Below, piece after piece: positions 23,801 to 37,563 of a DNA stretch of 64,000 nucleotides. The translations under genes were made by a program, and so were the position numbers. The stretch covers positions 1 through 64,000 of the forward strand of contig JADIIX010000042.1 in NCBI GenBank assembly GCA_027604505.1, written 5' to 3'. This stretch comes from Gonapodya sp. JEL0774 (Eukaryota). The notes below the pieces were generated by a model. The model saw only the letters and a program-made list of their open reading frames with translations. It did no database searches and was not told where the DNA came from. Positions within the stretch are counted from its first letter, which is position 1. Each line of letters starts with the position of its first letter.

Positions 23801-25898
23801 TTTAGAAGAGTTTGCGCTGGTTTTTGGAGGTGATGAGCCTCAGCCAATTCGTTTTCACACTTGGTCATTCCTAATGTTGAAAACTCACCTCTTGCCTTTA
23901 TCTTTCTCCTCTCGTTTTCTTGCCTTCTCTCTTTCCTTCTCCGCCCCGGCATTCCTCACCCCTCCTGAACTTGTTCCGGCTCCCCCCCCTCCAGTTGCTT
24001 CCAATATGCCCGCCCTTCTTACTTTATTAACTTCCTTTAACTTCCTCTTCTTCCACTCCGCGAATCTCCTCGCTTCATCATCTTCATCAGCGACACCCCC
24101 ATCAACGTGTTGCTGGGCATCCCCTTCCCCACCAGATCCCTCCGAGCCCCCGGTGCTGGCCCTTCGCGATCTCCTACCCGTACCTGATCCCACCACGTCG
24201 ATCAGCATGGCGACACGCCGCTCAAGCTTTGCCATTCTGTCCACATGGAGTTGGCCCGAGCTTGTGGAAGAGACTTGCGCGACAGGAACCGAGTGCGAGA
24301 TTGGATGGCTATGCCGAGGAGAAGCTCTGCGGGATCCGACAACCCCACCACGTCCCACACCTGCCGGGTCGAGAGTATCAACGAGCTCGGCGAGTTGACG
24401 TTCGAGAAGGGAAATACGGTCCTGCGGCGGTTGATGCGAATGAATGTTGTCATAGCGAGGATGATTAGGGTGTGTGTGTGAAGGTCCGGCTGGGGTTGGT
24501 TGCGGTGTGTGTGGGGAAGACGAACGCTCTGCAAGCGTCCAGGTCAGCTGGGCGAGACGTCGTTCCAGAGATGCGAGGCGGGGGTCAGAGAGTGAGTCTG
24601 ACTGTGGTTGTGCATTGTTCCGAAAGCCGTTGGGCTCAGGTAGTGGAGGAGCTGTGGATGGAGGGTTCGTTGGGAACATCGACGGATGGAAGGAAGAGTG
24701 AAGTGAGTGGTTGGGTATGGATGGCGCCAGCGGCTGCTGGAGCAGCGAGTTATTAAAGCGATGAGCGGAGGTTGTCGGGAGAGCGGACATGTTGGGTGGG
24801 TTAAAAGTGTGGTTGGCGGGTGGGTGATGAGAGGTCGACAGCATCCCCATCGGATAAGATAATGTCGACAGAGACTGATAGTCATGTCGGAGACTGGGCT
24901 GGTTTCGGGAACTACAGCAAGCACATCGACGATGAGCAGTTCAGTTGCGAAATTTCCTGAATAGGGTTATTCACCTTGTGCCTCGGCCTCCCTGCCCATA
25001 CTCGTCGCCACCAATCAACATCTCACCCTCCTCGAGCTCTCTCAAAACCTTCTCATACCCTTCCACATCTCCTGCCTCCCAATCTGTCCCGTTCCCTCCG
25101 GGCATTGTCGATCCAACACCGACTCCAAAAACACCGCTGGAACCTGACGTGAGGCCGTCACCTTTCACAACCTTTCGATTTGATTCGTCAGTACCGTCGA
25201 GGGAGCGCAGTTGAGGCAGGATCCGAAAAATGAGGCGGCGGTACGTTGGGAGTTGGGACACCGGTGTAGGTCGAGGTGCACGTTGACGGGCAGTGTGTGA
25301 GGAGCTGACGGATGGTGAGGCGAAAACCAAGTCGCGGAGTTTCTGAGAGGTGAGAGTTATGGTTAACAGGTTTGTCCTTCTCGTCAAGGGATCATTATCC
25401 TCCGGTGCAACAAAGACGCACCGTCAATCCAGCCAGATAAGTAAGCTCCTCTTCTTTCTCCACTGGATTGCATCTCAAGTCAAGCTTTTCTAAACTGTAC
25501 GCGTTGCCGTGGAGGCCGACGAGACCGTCCAATGAAGCGATCCGGTTGAACTGGAGTTCCAGGCAGACGAGGCGAACCAGCCCCGCCAAGTCCTCAATCC
25601 TCTGTATCTTGTTGCTCGCCAAATTGAGCCTGACGAGGCTTTGCAGCTCGCCGACCCCCCTCATAGACTCAATCTTGTTTGACGATAGATCCAAATGTGT
25701 AAGGTGTCGGGCCAATCGTGCTAGCGGTGCCGTGTCGATTCGAGTGATATGGTTCCCATGCAGTGAGAATCGATTCACCGGGTGGGCACCAAGGCTTCGT
25801 GAATTCGCCATCTGCGGTCCCATAAGTGCAACGGCGTCCGCAATGGAGACGATCCCCGCATCACAAAGCGACAACTGCCCCGACCCATTGGAAGTCAT
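20888..25898 (-). CDS. LRRCC1: Leucine-rich repeat and coiled-coil centriole protein (LRRCC1/VFL1-like), multi-exon
   Basis: SDS22-type LRRs (LTHLDLSSNKI, LNLASNKI, GLVGLHGNAYSLEKLDLRCN), LRR cap PVSQLPTYRRLIFRILPQLRSLDG, then a long coiled coil ending EAEMKVLLIEMD...MQEAS*. Confidence 0.8.
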
Positions 25899-26438
25899 CG
25901 AAGTCCGTTTCAGGAACAAATGCTACGTATTTTTCGACTTGTCGATCGCGGATCCCGGCTGTCCGCCTCCCGACGCCCCGTCTACAAAAGTCCCAATCAG
26001 CGGATTGTTGAGTTCTACAGCCTTGATCTGTCAGATTCGTGGCCGCTCGACACAATTATTTCTTCACCCAAACCTTCGAGTTTCGAAATTGAGAGGGCGG
26101 GACATTGGAATTCGGAGCGGGGATAGGAGTGATACCAACTTTGCATCCAAGTGCCAAGTAACTGGTCCTTCATTATTTACACAGAATTGTCCTACAGTCA
26201 ATAGTAGTCAAACAGATCATATCATTTCAGTCGTACGTCAAGAATTCATATTGACGGAACAATTGTTAGGGTATCACCGGACCAGAAGTCAAGTCATGTC
26301 TGCATGTCCATGCGCGAACACGTAGAGAATTCAGTCATCCAACAGCTGTTTCGCTGGTTTATAACTCACGCCGTACCCCAAGGGGGCATGGATACATACG
26401 AGTAATCCGTGCTGCTTTGGACCTTTCTTGCTCCACAC

Positions 26439-27472
26439 TCAACCTGACTCCCCGAGTGCAGGCAAAGGCTTCTTTTTCCCAAAAAACGATTCCAGACTCT
26501 TCTGCTTCTTGTCCACTTCCGCGCTACCAACTCCTTTCGCCCTCTTAAGTCCCTTCAAATGTTCCGTCCCGTTCCTTTCCAACACTTCGACCTTGTAAGC
26601 CACATCCCCAGGTGCGTCTGGGTGAGGAGCAGACGCCACAGGAAACGCGAGCTGCAACGTCCAAACACCGGTGTTGGCAGTGATGGCGCCACCACCGAGT
26701 CTATCTGGTGGGATCAGGAGGTTGGTGATCGAAGGCGCGTTGAGGGAGTACGTGGCCAATTCACGAAGGAGGTAAGATATGAAGATGCCGTGAGTCACAA
26801 GAGCAATGTGACGCGGGATAGCGATTGCTGCGGGAGGCACGAGAGATACGGGCTCGCTGGGTGTCGTGTTTTCCGTGACTGCTTCATTCCCTCCGTCTGC
26901 AAGATTTTCCATCGTCACACTTGAGTCTCTCGCAAGCCCCAATACCGTTTCAAGTACTGCTCGACATCGCTTGCGGATTTCTGCTGCCGTTTCCTCCTTC
27001 AGCTGCTCGCTGCCGCTGGTGTTGGTGACCTCCTGTTCCTTGGTGTCCCCTCCACCGGAATCAATCCTCTGCCTCTTCACAGGCGGTCCCTCTTCCCCAG
27101 CGCTCTGTCGACTGCGAAAACTTTCCCCCTCCCTCTCCCCGAAATCCTTCTCCCTCATCCGCACATCCACCCTGAGATCGCAGACTCCCTTCTGCTGTTC
27201 CACGACGGCGCGGGCTGTCTCAAGAGCCCGGCGGAGATCAGATGAGTAAACAATATCAATCTTCTGCGACGCAAGATGACGGGCGAGAAGGCGGGCTTGG
27301 GTAGCTTTCAAATTAACAAGAAAAGCAGATCTCCGACCAAGTTCAGTGATGATTCATCCACATCCGAGAGCGCACCTCCGTGATTTGTCAATGGCGAATC
27401 TGTGGAGCCACCAAGATGTCCGCGGATGTTTGCTACCGATTCGCCATGGCGGATCACAGAGAGTGTGAGCAT
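26439..27472 (-). CDS. Histidine phosphatase / phosphoglycerate-mutase superfamily protein, 2 exons
   Basis: VIRHGES (RHG motif), DSPLTNHG, YSSDLRRALETA, EKDFGEREG, LVTHGIFI. Confidence 0.92.
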
Positions 27473-28061
27473 TTTGGTTTTGGTGTGGTCGGCTTCGCAA
27501 GTTCCGCCCCCCACACAGATCAACACATCCGAATGAAACGCTTGGATGGGCATTTACAGAGCACTGAAAACTTAAATATATTTTACACCTGTGCTCGACT
27601 GTGGTTTTCCGTAGACTCTTGAACCTGGACTCAGTAATATTACATGTAGGTACACTGCCTTGCCGGCCGTGCGTCCACAACGATGAGACTTCATTGATTT
27701 AAATTTTAAGAGAATGCAGTTTGGACAAAGAGAAGCTCGCGCCCCCCTTCGTGGTTCCAAAAATTGGTTTCGCTTCGGTAACTTAGCCTCTATTCGGATA
27801 ACACTGTCGTGTTCATAAATGATTGGCTTTGCATAGACCGCGCATCACGAAATTCTGTCCCATCGCGTGAGCGTGAATTTGCTGGCTATGTACGAGAGTG
27901 GGGCATTATAATGGGCTGTAAATGCCCCTGTCCGCTGTCCGTTTGAAAACGTCCCACACGCATCTCGATGACTGACAGCACCTTAGCATTACCACACGAA
28001 TAAGCTTATATAGTTATAACTTCAAAAAATTGCACATAACGTGCTTTACTTCCATAAAAAC

Positions 28062-31000
28062 TCAAGTGGGGCTCTGGCCACTTGTTTCGTCAGCAAGCAG
28101 TCTGTCAATGTCCGCCCCCGACGTCTGTTTTGCAACTATCCTTTTCGTATCCACAGACATGGGTGCGCCACCGTCCGTGAGTGGTCCACTCTCGGTTCGG
28201 TTTCCCTCTGCGGGAAGCCGCGACCCATCTTTGGGCTTATCAGTTCGTCGGCCCTTGGCACTCAAGGCGTCAAACGATCCAAATATACTTCGTTGCTTAA
28301 GCTTGACCCACGATGCACCTGTAGAGCTAGGCTTCGGGATCGCAGCTTCGGCTGTTGATGGCCGTGTACTCCGATCGGAAGCTACTGAGTTTGCAATAGA
28401 AGACGCTCCTTCTTTCCCTTTCGGTAGTCGCGTGACGCTACCAATCCAGCTCTTTCTATCTGGAGAATCGATTTCCGAAGGTGACGTGGGGTGGTTTTCC
28501 AAACTGGGAAGTTCGTTGCCCCCATCTCCAAAGAATGAGCGTAGACCCGATCCCATAGAGCTTGTTCGCTTGAGCGCTGCCTTCTTGAGCTCCGCTTCCG
28601 ATGAAGCATCGCTATCCGGAATTGCAGCCGTCGCAGTGGCAACCCTTCGCCTTCGATCCATGACCACACGGGTGTCAGACGCGTCGGAATCGGGAGCAGC
28701 GACCAACGTTGTTGAAACTTCTCCGGATGGCGATCCACTGTTGAAAAGAAAAATGTTCGGCTTCCGACGCCAGCTCTGAGTACGAGCACGAAGTGATCCG
28801 CTCTCGTGGACGCTCCCTCCTTCCTCGCCAGCGAAGCCTGCCGCGTACTCGGCTAACGAATCACTCTTTATTGACCCAGGAGATGTTGCGCTGGGATGCT
28901 TCCGCTGCACTCCAACAACCTCCGATCCATCCTCTGATCTTACACTCCGCCCACGCTCTCTATCGCAACACCTAGGTTCTCGTGGGCGCATGTCCAGAGC
29001 ATAAAAAACGGAACAGAAAGCGGAACGGGCAACCTCTGTTTGTTGCAGCCACGAGTTCTTGTCGTACGCCGTCATTGCCTGAAGCAGATGAATCTCCTGT
29101 TGCATGTGGATGATTTGAAAGGCATTTTTGACATCTGGCAGTGAAGCACAGATTAACTAAAGAGACATGAGCGAGGATGCCGCGAGAACCAACCATCTGT
29201 GTCTGGCCGATCAAGAAAAACTGTGGACTCGAGGGGAATCTAGAAAAAAAAACAAAAATTGTGGACTCCCTGTGCTTCAATGATAACCGCAAAAAGATCA
29301 CAAAACGTACTGGCTGCTTGAATAGTACCAATTGATCGCGTTTTATCCTCGTAAGTAGCATCATGTCCGTAAACACTAGCAATGTCACCTCTACGGGGTG
29401 AGAAGCTCTTCTTATATACAGAAAATTCTTCTCCCCCAGGAGTTCTCGGCGACCATTGGCGAGATTAAAGGGCTGCACGAGAAGAACAAAATTTGCAGTC
29501 AATGAGGACTGGCTGCAACACCTTCTCCCTTCGGTAACTCGTCACCTCAAATACTCCGTTGAACTCAAGGGATTCATTCAAGTCGTTGATCCTGTAGTCC
29601 GATTCCTTCCGACGGACCTGCTCATTGACTTCGGAAATCTTTGTTTCGAGACTCTTGATCAGTTGGTTAAGTGCTGTAGAAACATGAAGACTCTCAGGAC
29701 GACGGCTGCATGTCCCAGCAAGTCGTTTGAGAAGAAGTGGCAGACGAGTGAGTCGATGCATCGGCCTAATAAAAAAGACAAGATTTGCAATAGGCGTTTC
29801 GAGGGTTGGAACAGCTCCGTCACTGACATGATCAACAAGTCCTCGAGTTTGTACTTTCCGAGTTTGGGATTTGTTTGGCAGTCTTCAAGCAGCTTTCTTG
29901 CCACCAGATCAGAAGACGTCACGGAAGCTAGCACACGCTTTGCACTGCTTTGGTTACTACAATAAGGGACATAAACATCGAACTCTTGGACCTGGGAGAG
30001 CACAGAGGATCAGGAAAAGTAACAATAATGGCATCGGCGTAAATGCCTACTTTCGTCTCGTACAATCGGATTAGCACGTTGATGGGAGGCACGCCATCCT
30101 CCGTTTTGACGTCCTGCAGGCATTTCAAAATACTGTCATGAAAATGCAGTATCTGTTCGACATTGCTAAATATTCCTTTGAGAGTTTCTTCGGAGAGCGC
30201 GCCAGAATCTGTCAACGGGACGACAAATATCTGACAACGTTGAAGAGATTAGTCACATCGACTGAAAGCCGATTGAGCGAGCCGGCAACCTGCGTACAGA
30301 AACTATCAACTTCAGGTTCTCCACATAGTTCGACTCCGTTTCAAGAATCTCGGCAAGGACTTCGCGTTGCTTCCGATGCTGTTTCAATTCTTCGGGGGAC
30401 AATCTTTATTAGAACGAAAGAGGAAACAGCTATCAATAGAAGAGCTTCAAGATTCACTGTGGAACATTCTCACTGCTGATTTTTCTTCAATTCTGCATCG
30501 AGTTTTGCGGAAAGTAACGGTCCAGATTGGCTATCTTGCTTTGAATGTTTCTTTCGTTTCTTTAACTGCAACGCCGAAGACTTTAGATCGACATTCATTG
30601 TTAGCGGCTTTTCGTCCGGTTTAAACTCGATGTCTGCAATTGCGCCATAAAGTCGTCATATTTCCGATGGTCTAGTTCTCGGGCATTCGCTCACCTTCTT
30701 TCTCTCCTTTGCACACCAACACATAGTTCTCAGGTGGTCCGGGTAGAACAAGTTTCTCGATTGCCATCTCAACAATCATGGCCGCAGTCATATTTTGCCC
30801 CAGAAACATGGACTTGGTGCTGGATTCTCCATTCTCGATGTAGACAATCTTGAGAACTTCAGAAGATTCCAGGTCAAGGTTCGTTGCCACATCGCTTCCA
30901 GCACCAGGGGATTCCTTGCACGTCGATTAAATCCTCAAGTTATCTGTTTCCCTGCATATAGGGGAGCCATTGAAGCACTCACTGCGATTTCTCTCTCGGG

Positions 31001-34000
31001 CTCTTCCGCGATGGTTTGACTCATTCCTGTGACTCGACTAGTTCGACTCATAGAATGATCGGATCCAAAGACTGGTCCACTTTGAATCCCGTGCCCAGAT
31101 TCGGCAGCTTGAGCCTCCATCTGCTTCGACTCCTGAGCAGCGGTTTGAATGGCAGCGAGCATGAGCTTGTACTTTTGCATTTCTTGCTTTAGCACCTGAA
31201 GTTTCTTGTCCGAATTGCGTAGCTGCCCTTCCAGCTCTTCCATCTCGGCCGACTTCTTTCTCTTGTGGCCACCATTTGTGAGGGGATATCCACCACCTCG
31301 TGCTTTCAACATTCGCTCCACTCCGTCACGGATCTTCATTTCGATATCCAGCTCCCGCTGGATGGCTTCAACTTTCTGCTGAATCTTACCGATCCGTTCC
31401 GATTGCACCGTCTGTGGAAAAACGAAACTTCGCAAACTCCTAAAATACACAGAGATCTGCGGTTGCAATTGGACGTACCTCAGTATTTTCGTCCTTGGTT
31501 GGTAAGGTTGTCCGTTTGCAGGCGACACCAACGTACTGTCTACAAAAGCGGTGACAAACATATCCACATGCTTTGGATGAAGGGATTAGCTTTAGCTATC
31601 ATAATAGCTATCATAATTTGAGGAGCCTGCAGCGCAAAACTCACTTTCGCAACGATATGGCGTTACTCCATCTTCCGGCTTCGATCTGCCAGATGCTAAG
31701 GAAGCTGCGGATCCATTTGAGCTACCCAACCTACCATCAGGACCCATTCCAGTCTTCTTGAGCCCCTGGTAGCAAGATTCACAAAACCGATCCACATCCT
31801 CTGTGTCCCTTACGAACGTGTGCTGGGAGGCTTCGCTCGCGGAAGCGGTAGGTACATAACCAGGGTTGTTGGCAAGATGCGGGTTCACAGGTTTCCGAGA
31901 AGTTTGAGATGCCTGTGGCGGACTGAGCGATGGCGTTGAGACAGCAATGGAGGGGTTCCCAAAAGTATCAGGGCCACCATGCGGTGGTGATCCAGATGTC
32001 CCTTGCTCAATCTGTCCCAAAGATGCAGTGGTGAATCCGGAGCTTTGCTCACCAAGGGCACTATCAAGAGTATGCGATTGTGTTGATTTCCCATTTCGAG
32101 TGCTGTCTTCGCCCACCACATGGTCTGAGCCCATGACTTCCCCGGTGCTCGCGCTGGCCCTCCGCCCTCTCACTGTGGACGACCGGCCAATCTTCGACAT
32201 TCCCGACGACGATCCTGCTGAGTTAAGCACAACCTCAGACCCACTGTACACCGCTGCGGTTTCTGCAGCTGTCATGCCCGATAAGGTTCGTTTCCGCTGT
32301 GAGGAGCCCGGCCCACTTCCAGCAGTCGAGAGCGAAAACATGGATGCTGCCTCGTGTATGGCACTACCCTTGGTCCCACTGTTGTTCGCTGGCGAGGTAG
32401 GTTTCCCAGGGGCAAGCGATGAAGACCTGTTGGCGCGAGACGCGACGAGACGAGCTCGTTCCACGCCAAGAGTTTCAAGATGTACAAATAAGTGATCCCG
32501 GATGTCTGAAGTGTAGTACTCCGAGGGCATGTCAAGGAGGCGGTCCACAGCTCGGTCGGATTGGCTTCCCAGGCACGTGTGAGGTCAATACAAGTGGAGA
32601 CTCAAGACCTCTCCCACGATGTCGCAAGATACTTACATTGTTGTCAGAAATTTGGAACCGCCTTCAAAAAGAACGATGAGCAACATGTCTTCTCACTCGC
32701 ACCGGTGGTAACACTCACGACAATCGTTCTCCATAGCCTGCCAAAACGCCGTATCCTCAAACCTCACGCCTGTGTCCCCATTTCCCCCCCATGCATTCTT
32801 CTTTCCTGGTGTTGCCGAATCCCCATCCAGAACAGGCAAAACGGCGTCCGCAGACCCTCCTTCCCTATCGCTCCCATCGGTGCTGCGGTGAGAGTTCGAA
32901 CTCCGCCCTCGCTTTAGACCGGGGATATCACCAAGTAAAACTGATCCAACTTCGTCAGCGGACCCGTAGTAGACTGCACGGAGAATCTTGATAGCGACAA
33001 AGCCCAGATCGTCAAACGTGCCCGCTGAGAGCGGCGGGCCGTGCGAGGCAGGAGGACACCCACAATCCCGTGGTTGTTGGGACGCAGTGCCCGATCCGTG
33101 ACCCATAGCCTGTACGGGTCCTTGGGCCGACGTTGGTCGGGGGCTGGTTTCACGAGCGCCACCAGCAGCAGGGTCCAGGGTATGCCTGACACTTGCGAGG
33201 CATTGAGTTATTGATACACCTTCGACCTCAACGTTCTCTGAGAGAAAAGGGATTGCGAGGGGAGCGCGGCGGTGGAGGTAGGTCTGGAAGATGCGGTGGG
33301 CATGGGTTTTGCGACCCGATGGGGTGAGACTCAAATAATTGACTCGAAAATCAATGGTGTCGATACGGAAGAACTTATCAAAGGGATAAAAGGCATGTGT
33401 AAGGCCGCATCATCACCTTCTCGGGAGCACCACTTACAAAGAGATTCAACAAAGGCTTCCCTCTCCACAGTAAATACATGATGAGATATAATCGCTTCAC
33501 TGGATTGTTCCATATTGTGGCAAACCCCTTGGGCTCAATGTCCCGAAGAGTCGCAACCTCCTGAGGCGACACTGGTAAAGGATGCTCATTGCACGAGATG
33601 CCCTTGGCCGAGGGAGGGTTGGACTGAGGAGAAGACTTGATAGAGGATCCTCCCATGGTGGAGGCACCCGAGGAGGAGACGGATGTGGAAAGTTCGGTAA
33701 CGGCTGGGCTTGTGGGTGAAGATGGTACTGTGGTGCTGGAGCCATCCGAGCGGGCCGGCGAGGGATCTCCGACTGTTCTGCTACTCACTGATAAGTGGTG
33801 TCCAGAAGATCTCGTTGTTGAGAGCGCAGCCAGGATACTCGGCAGTCCGTCGTGGCCGACAAGGGCCCTGGACACGGCCCCGATGGAGAAGGAGGACCGA
33901 GTCCGCACGTTCACATCCTCCATCAACATCTGTGTCGCATGCACATGAGATAGTCCCTGCTTTGAGAGCGTCCGGTCGCGATCCAACGATGGATCCCCTT

Positions 34001-34268
34001 GTTCCACCGGTTCAAAAGGAGTGGTCGGCTCATCAAGCACAGGCGTGGGGATCGACGAAGTAGGGAGCAAATCTCCCGCAGATGTCGAGCGTCTATGAGC
34101 ATCAGCGACAGATGTTGCGTTCGAATCGTTTCTCGATAAGTTATGGGGAGTCCAAGACGAGTTGGAAGCAGAATGAATGTACGGCCCCGAGACAGAGGCC
34201 AGTGTCCCACCATCAGGCGTCCCCGAATGAGCGAGGGGTTGTTCTGGCGGATCCACCTTGTCGCCCAT
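28062..34268 (-). CDS. Rho guanine nucleotide exchange factor with RGS-like, C1, HR1, RA/ubiquitin-like, DH and PH domains, multi-exon
   Basis: DH: EILETESNYVENL, IFSNVEQI, YVPYCSNQ, LLIMPMHRLTRLPLLLKRL. PH: LLVFTDMMLLTR. HR1: IQRELDIEMKIRDGVERMLKA. C1: HTF..CESC..CE/ACGYVCHRFC..C. RGS-like: AHRIFQTYLHRRAPLAI. The start ATG is tentative. Confidence 0.85.
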
Positions 34269-34755
34269 CAGTGGAAGCTCATCCAATTTGGGGACGAATG
34301 TGATGGGCCACCTGGCCGTGTGCACAACCGCACACAGCACACTTGCCGACACATGCACGACCAAATTCACGAGCAAGTGAAAGATCAGAAGGAATGTTAC
34401 TTCCGAAACAATGCAACGCATGTAATTTCAACTATGGCACACTAAGCGTAGTTCCGGTGTTGAAAACTTCATTTACTTGATTACCATCTCTTGAGTGTTC
34501 TACAGAGAGGGATGGAGGGAAAGCACGTTCAATGACCTTGATTGTTGAATTCTGACGTTACGTCCATGCCAATGAAACCACTTCCAATTGTCTCAGCTAT
34601 TTGGCAGTGTTCGTTCAGATGTTTTGCGGTTTTGGGGCCGGATACTGGTCGCAGAGCTTGACCTGATGAACAAATCTCTTCTCCTTTTATCGTCTATTTC
34701 TATCTCCAAGAAGTTCATTCCATTTAATACTCCGCCTAAGGATCCCACCGTCATC

Positions 34756-36067
34756 TCAGAGTTTCTCGGCAGGCTTTCCTGTACGACGCGCCTGGCGCTC
34801 TTCCGGACCCATGTCCACCTCCATCCCGACAGGCGCAATGTAGCTATTTTTGGGTGCCACGAACACTGAAAGGGCAATTAGAGATCGTGTCAATCTCGTC
34901 ACTTCAGACAGTCCAACGCCCACACACAACCACTCACATCCATCACTCATAATGAGGGGTCTGGCATCCTCTTCTGCCTTTTTGTCCGTGTACAGATTGC
35001 AATACGGCCAGCTCTTACGACCTTCGATTCGGCTCACTCCAGCGTGGAAGCGCACGACACCATTAAGAGGTACACCGTTTTTGTACGTTACGTTGAGGGT
35101 GAGTGTGCTAGGAAAGAATGAGTCATTTGAATTGAGATGGTTGGGTCGGAGTGCGGTTTGAATATGGAAAGTTCGCAAATTTGTGACCAACCGTGCTGCG
35201 TTGCTTTGGATCAAAATTCCCGCATTTCCAAATCCCAGTATCATATCCACAAACGTTGCAATCGATCCGCCATCTGCAGTTTTATATTAAGAGAGCACCC
35301 CGGGGGTAATCTTCGGTGGCACCACTCACGGCAGAAGCCCGGAGGTCCCTCACAAAACTCCGTGAAATAGCCAGCACCGTGGATATCCAAGAGTGGTCGG
35401 GGCTCTGTTGCTCGCCGTTTGGCATCTTCAGCGTCGAAGGTAGACCAGTCCGATGGGCGAAGGTGCTGAGTTGGTCCGAAGTGGAGGTGAAACATGTGTT
35501 CGCGATGACCAATGCGAAAGCTTGTGAGCTTAACCTACTGGTCTGACCCACGGTCGCAACGTCTTGTGTATAAAGAGCAGCGAGAACATCCTTTGGAGAA
35601 AGGGAGGCACAGCACACGTAAACCGTCCGGTTTCTCGATGACCTGTCGCGTGTATAACATTCCCTCATCCATCATACCACAACCCCACCTGTTATCCTTC
35701 CTAAAGTAGAATCTGGGCATCTCATTCGGCGCTGACGACGTGCTCCCTTCGAATATCCATGTATGTTGAATGGGAAGCAATTCGGGATCTTGAAGAAGGT
35801 CGACGACCACGGGGTGTATTGCGCCGTCTCCATCGGGTGCAGAGGGAAAGTACTACATCAGAGAATTGCGCGTAAGCCACTGCGAAGACGCGATTGGTGG
35901 GAATCGCGCGGTCGGAACCATACTTGGGCATCGGGTTGAACGGCACGCAAGTAGGTGAATTTCTGGCTCAGGGAGAGATTCGGTGTATACAAAAACGGAG
36001 CGGGAGATGGCTCTTGCAAAGGAGCCGGCGGGGCATCCAAGGGATGGATGGTCGCGGATGGAGACAT
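34756..36067 (-). CDS. Hotdog-fold acyl-CoA thioesterase (THEM4/THEM5-like), multi-exon
   Basis: Spliced motif YFTEFCEGPPGFC|HGGSIATFVD, then STLTLNVTYKNGVPLNGVVRFHAGVSRIEGRK. Confidence 0.82.
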
Positions 36068-36345
36068 CAAACGATTCCGTCTGTGCCGATGATCAACCTG
36101 AGCCTCACGAAGGGCCCACTGAATCATTCGTTGGCGCGTTCAAAAGATCAAAACAAATTGGAAGCTAGACCAGCAATATTACATTTGAAGACTATCTTGT
36201 GCTGTTCCAATTCTTCCTTCCCTCATTCCACAATCCAAAATGGCAGGTTGAGCGCCCATGCTGAGATCTCTGAAATGTACGATAACAGTCCCAGAACAAC
36301 GACCCCACCCTTTCTCGTCGCCTTCTCCCACGCTTTCTAGGTGCT

Positions 36346-37291
36346 TTACTCCTCAACAATCCCTGCATCCTTCATTGTCGTCATACCACCAAAGTATCCC
36401 GCATGCCCCTCAACCGTGTGATGCACCTCATCCTTGGATGCAGTGCCGGGAACACCATGTGTATGCTGCAGCGAGTGTGTTTGCTGCTCAATGGCAAAGG
36501 CCGCAAGGCGTTCTAGAGATTGTAGCCAGATTGTGTTAGAGGTCGGCATGCCCCACTTTCCTTTCAGCTCGCGGTCGGGCTCTACACAAGAACGAGTCGA
36601 TATTCACCTTTTTTGTCTGCTTTCATTTGATCTTCAATCCGCTTCCTGTCTCTTTGTGCACTTTCCTTAATCGCCTTGAATTCCGTTCTTCTCCTTGAGT
36701 TTTGAGCATCTCTGAGGGCATCTTTCCAAAACGCAAGGCGAGCGAGAACAAGCTGCGATGCAGCGTGAAGGCTGGACATATTTTCCGGAGTGAGAGGTTG
36801 AAGGTGGGAAGATGTAGAGAGTGCATTCGAGCCGGGAAAGACGAGATAGTCTTGGTGATGTTCTGGGCAAACCAAGTACAAGAAGTAAACACAACAAGAA
36901 ATCGCGCATCAAAGGGATTCTTCCATGTTATATCTTCGAAAGAAATCGAGAAGAAACGCATACCTTCGTCTCGCCATTGCTGCCAACCACATGCTTCCAA
37001 CACCTGTCTCCCACCTCGGACTTCGAGAACCCTATCCCTCACTAATGGGTTGCTCAGCTTCACCTTGCGAAACTTTCCGCCAGCAGGTAAGTCGGGGTGA
37101 GTCGCAACATTACGCAGCAAAGTCGACAGAGTCTCCGCGCAGAGCTCGATCTGGAGCTCGTCTGCTGTTTGATTATTGCTTGAATACGTCTGTCCGTGGT
37201 GGCCGCTCTGAGAACCGGTTTCCGGACTGATGGCCAAAAGTATATCAAGCGCGTCCGCGATCTTTGATTGATTTGATTGTTCTTGTGACAT
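36346..37291 (-). CDS. PUB (PUG) domain protein, putative p97/Cdc48 cofactor, 3 exons
   Basis: TLSTLLRNVATHP...KFRKVKLSNPLVRDRVLEVRGGRQVLEACGW is a PUB signature, followed by a charged helix. Confidence 0.85.
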
Positions 37292-37563
37292 TTTTGGCTG
37301 AAGATCAAATGCTGAGTCTGTTTGGTGTGATTGACGGATGAGTCATGATGATATAGCAGGGGAACCCCCTCCCCTCTGGCTGCGGATGTTTAGAGGATTT
37401 GAACCTCTAACTGCCATTGCAATTGAACAATTATTTATCATCTTATGTCATGAGAAAGGTCAGGCGAGGTATGATGTCTGGCACACTCCGTACAATCAGT
37501 CAAAGCGATGACATTTTCAGTGCAAAGGGTAACAAAAAGCAACATGTTGTTAGCACACGATTG

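Noticed and set aside
24469..24480. (GT)n and (GA)n microsatellites (also ~11286-11302)
   Set aside because: Short runs inside coding exons encoding HTH or ERER low-complexity peptide; not independent features.
37390..37410. tRNA gene suggested by a T-arm/B-box-like hairpin (minus strand TTAGAGGTTCAAATCCTCTAA)
   Set aside because: No matching acceptor stem, D-arm or valid anticodon loop can be built; at most an isolated B-box-like motif.
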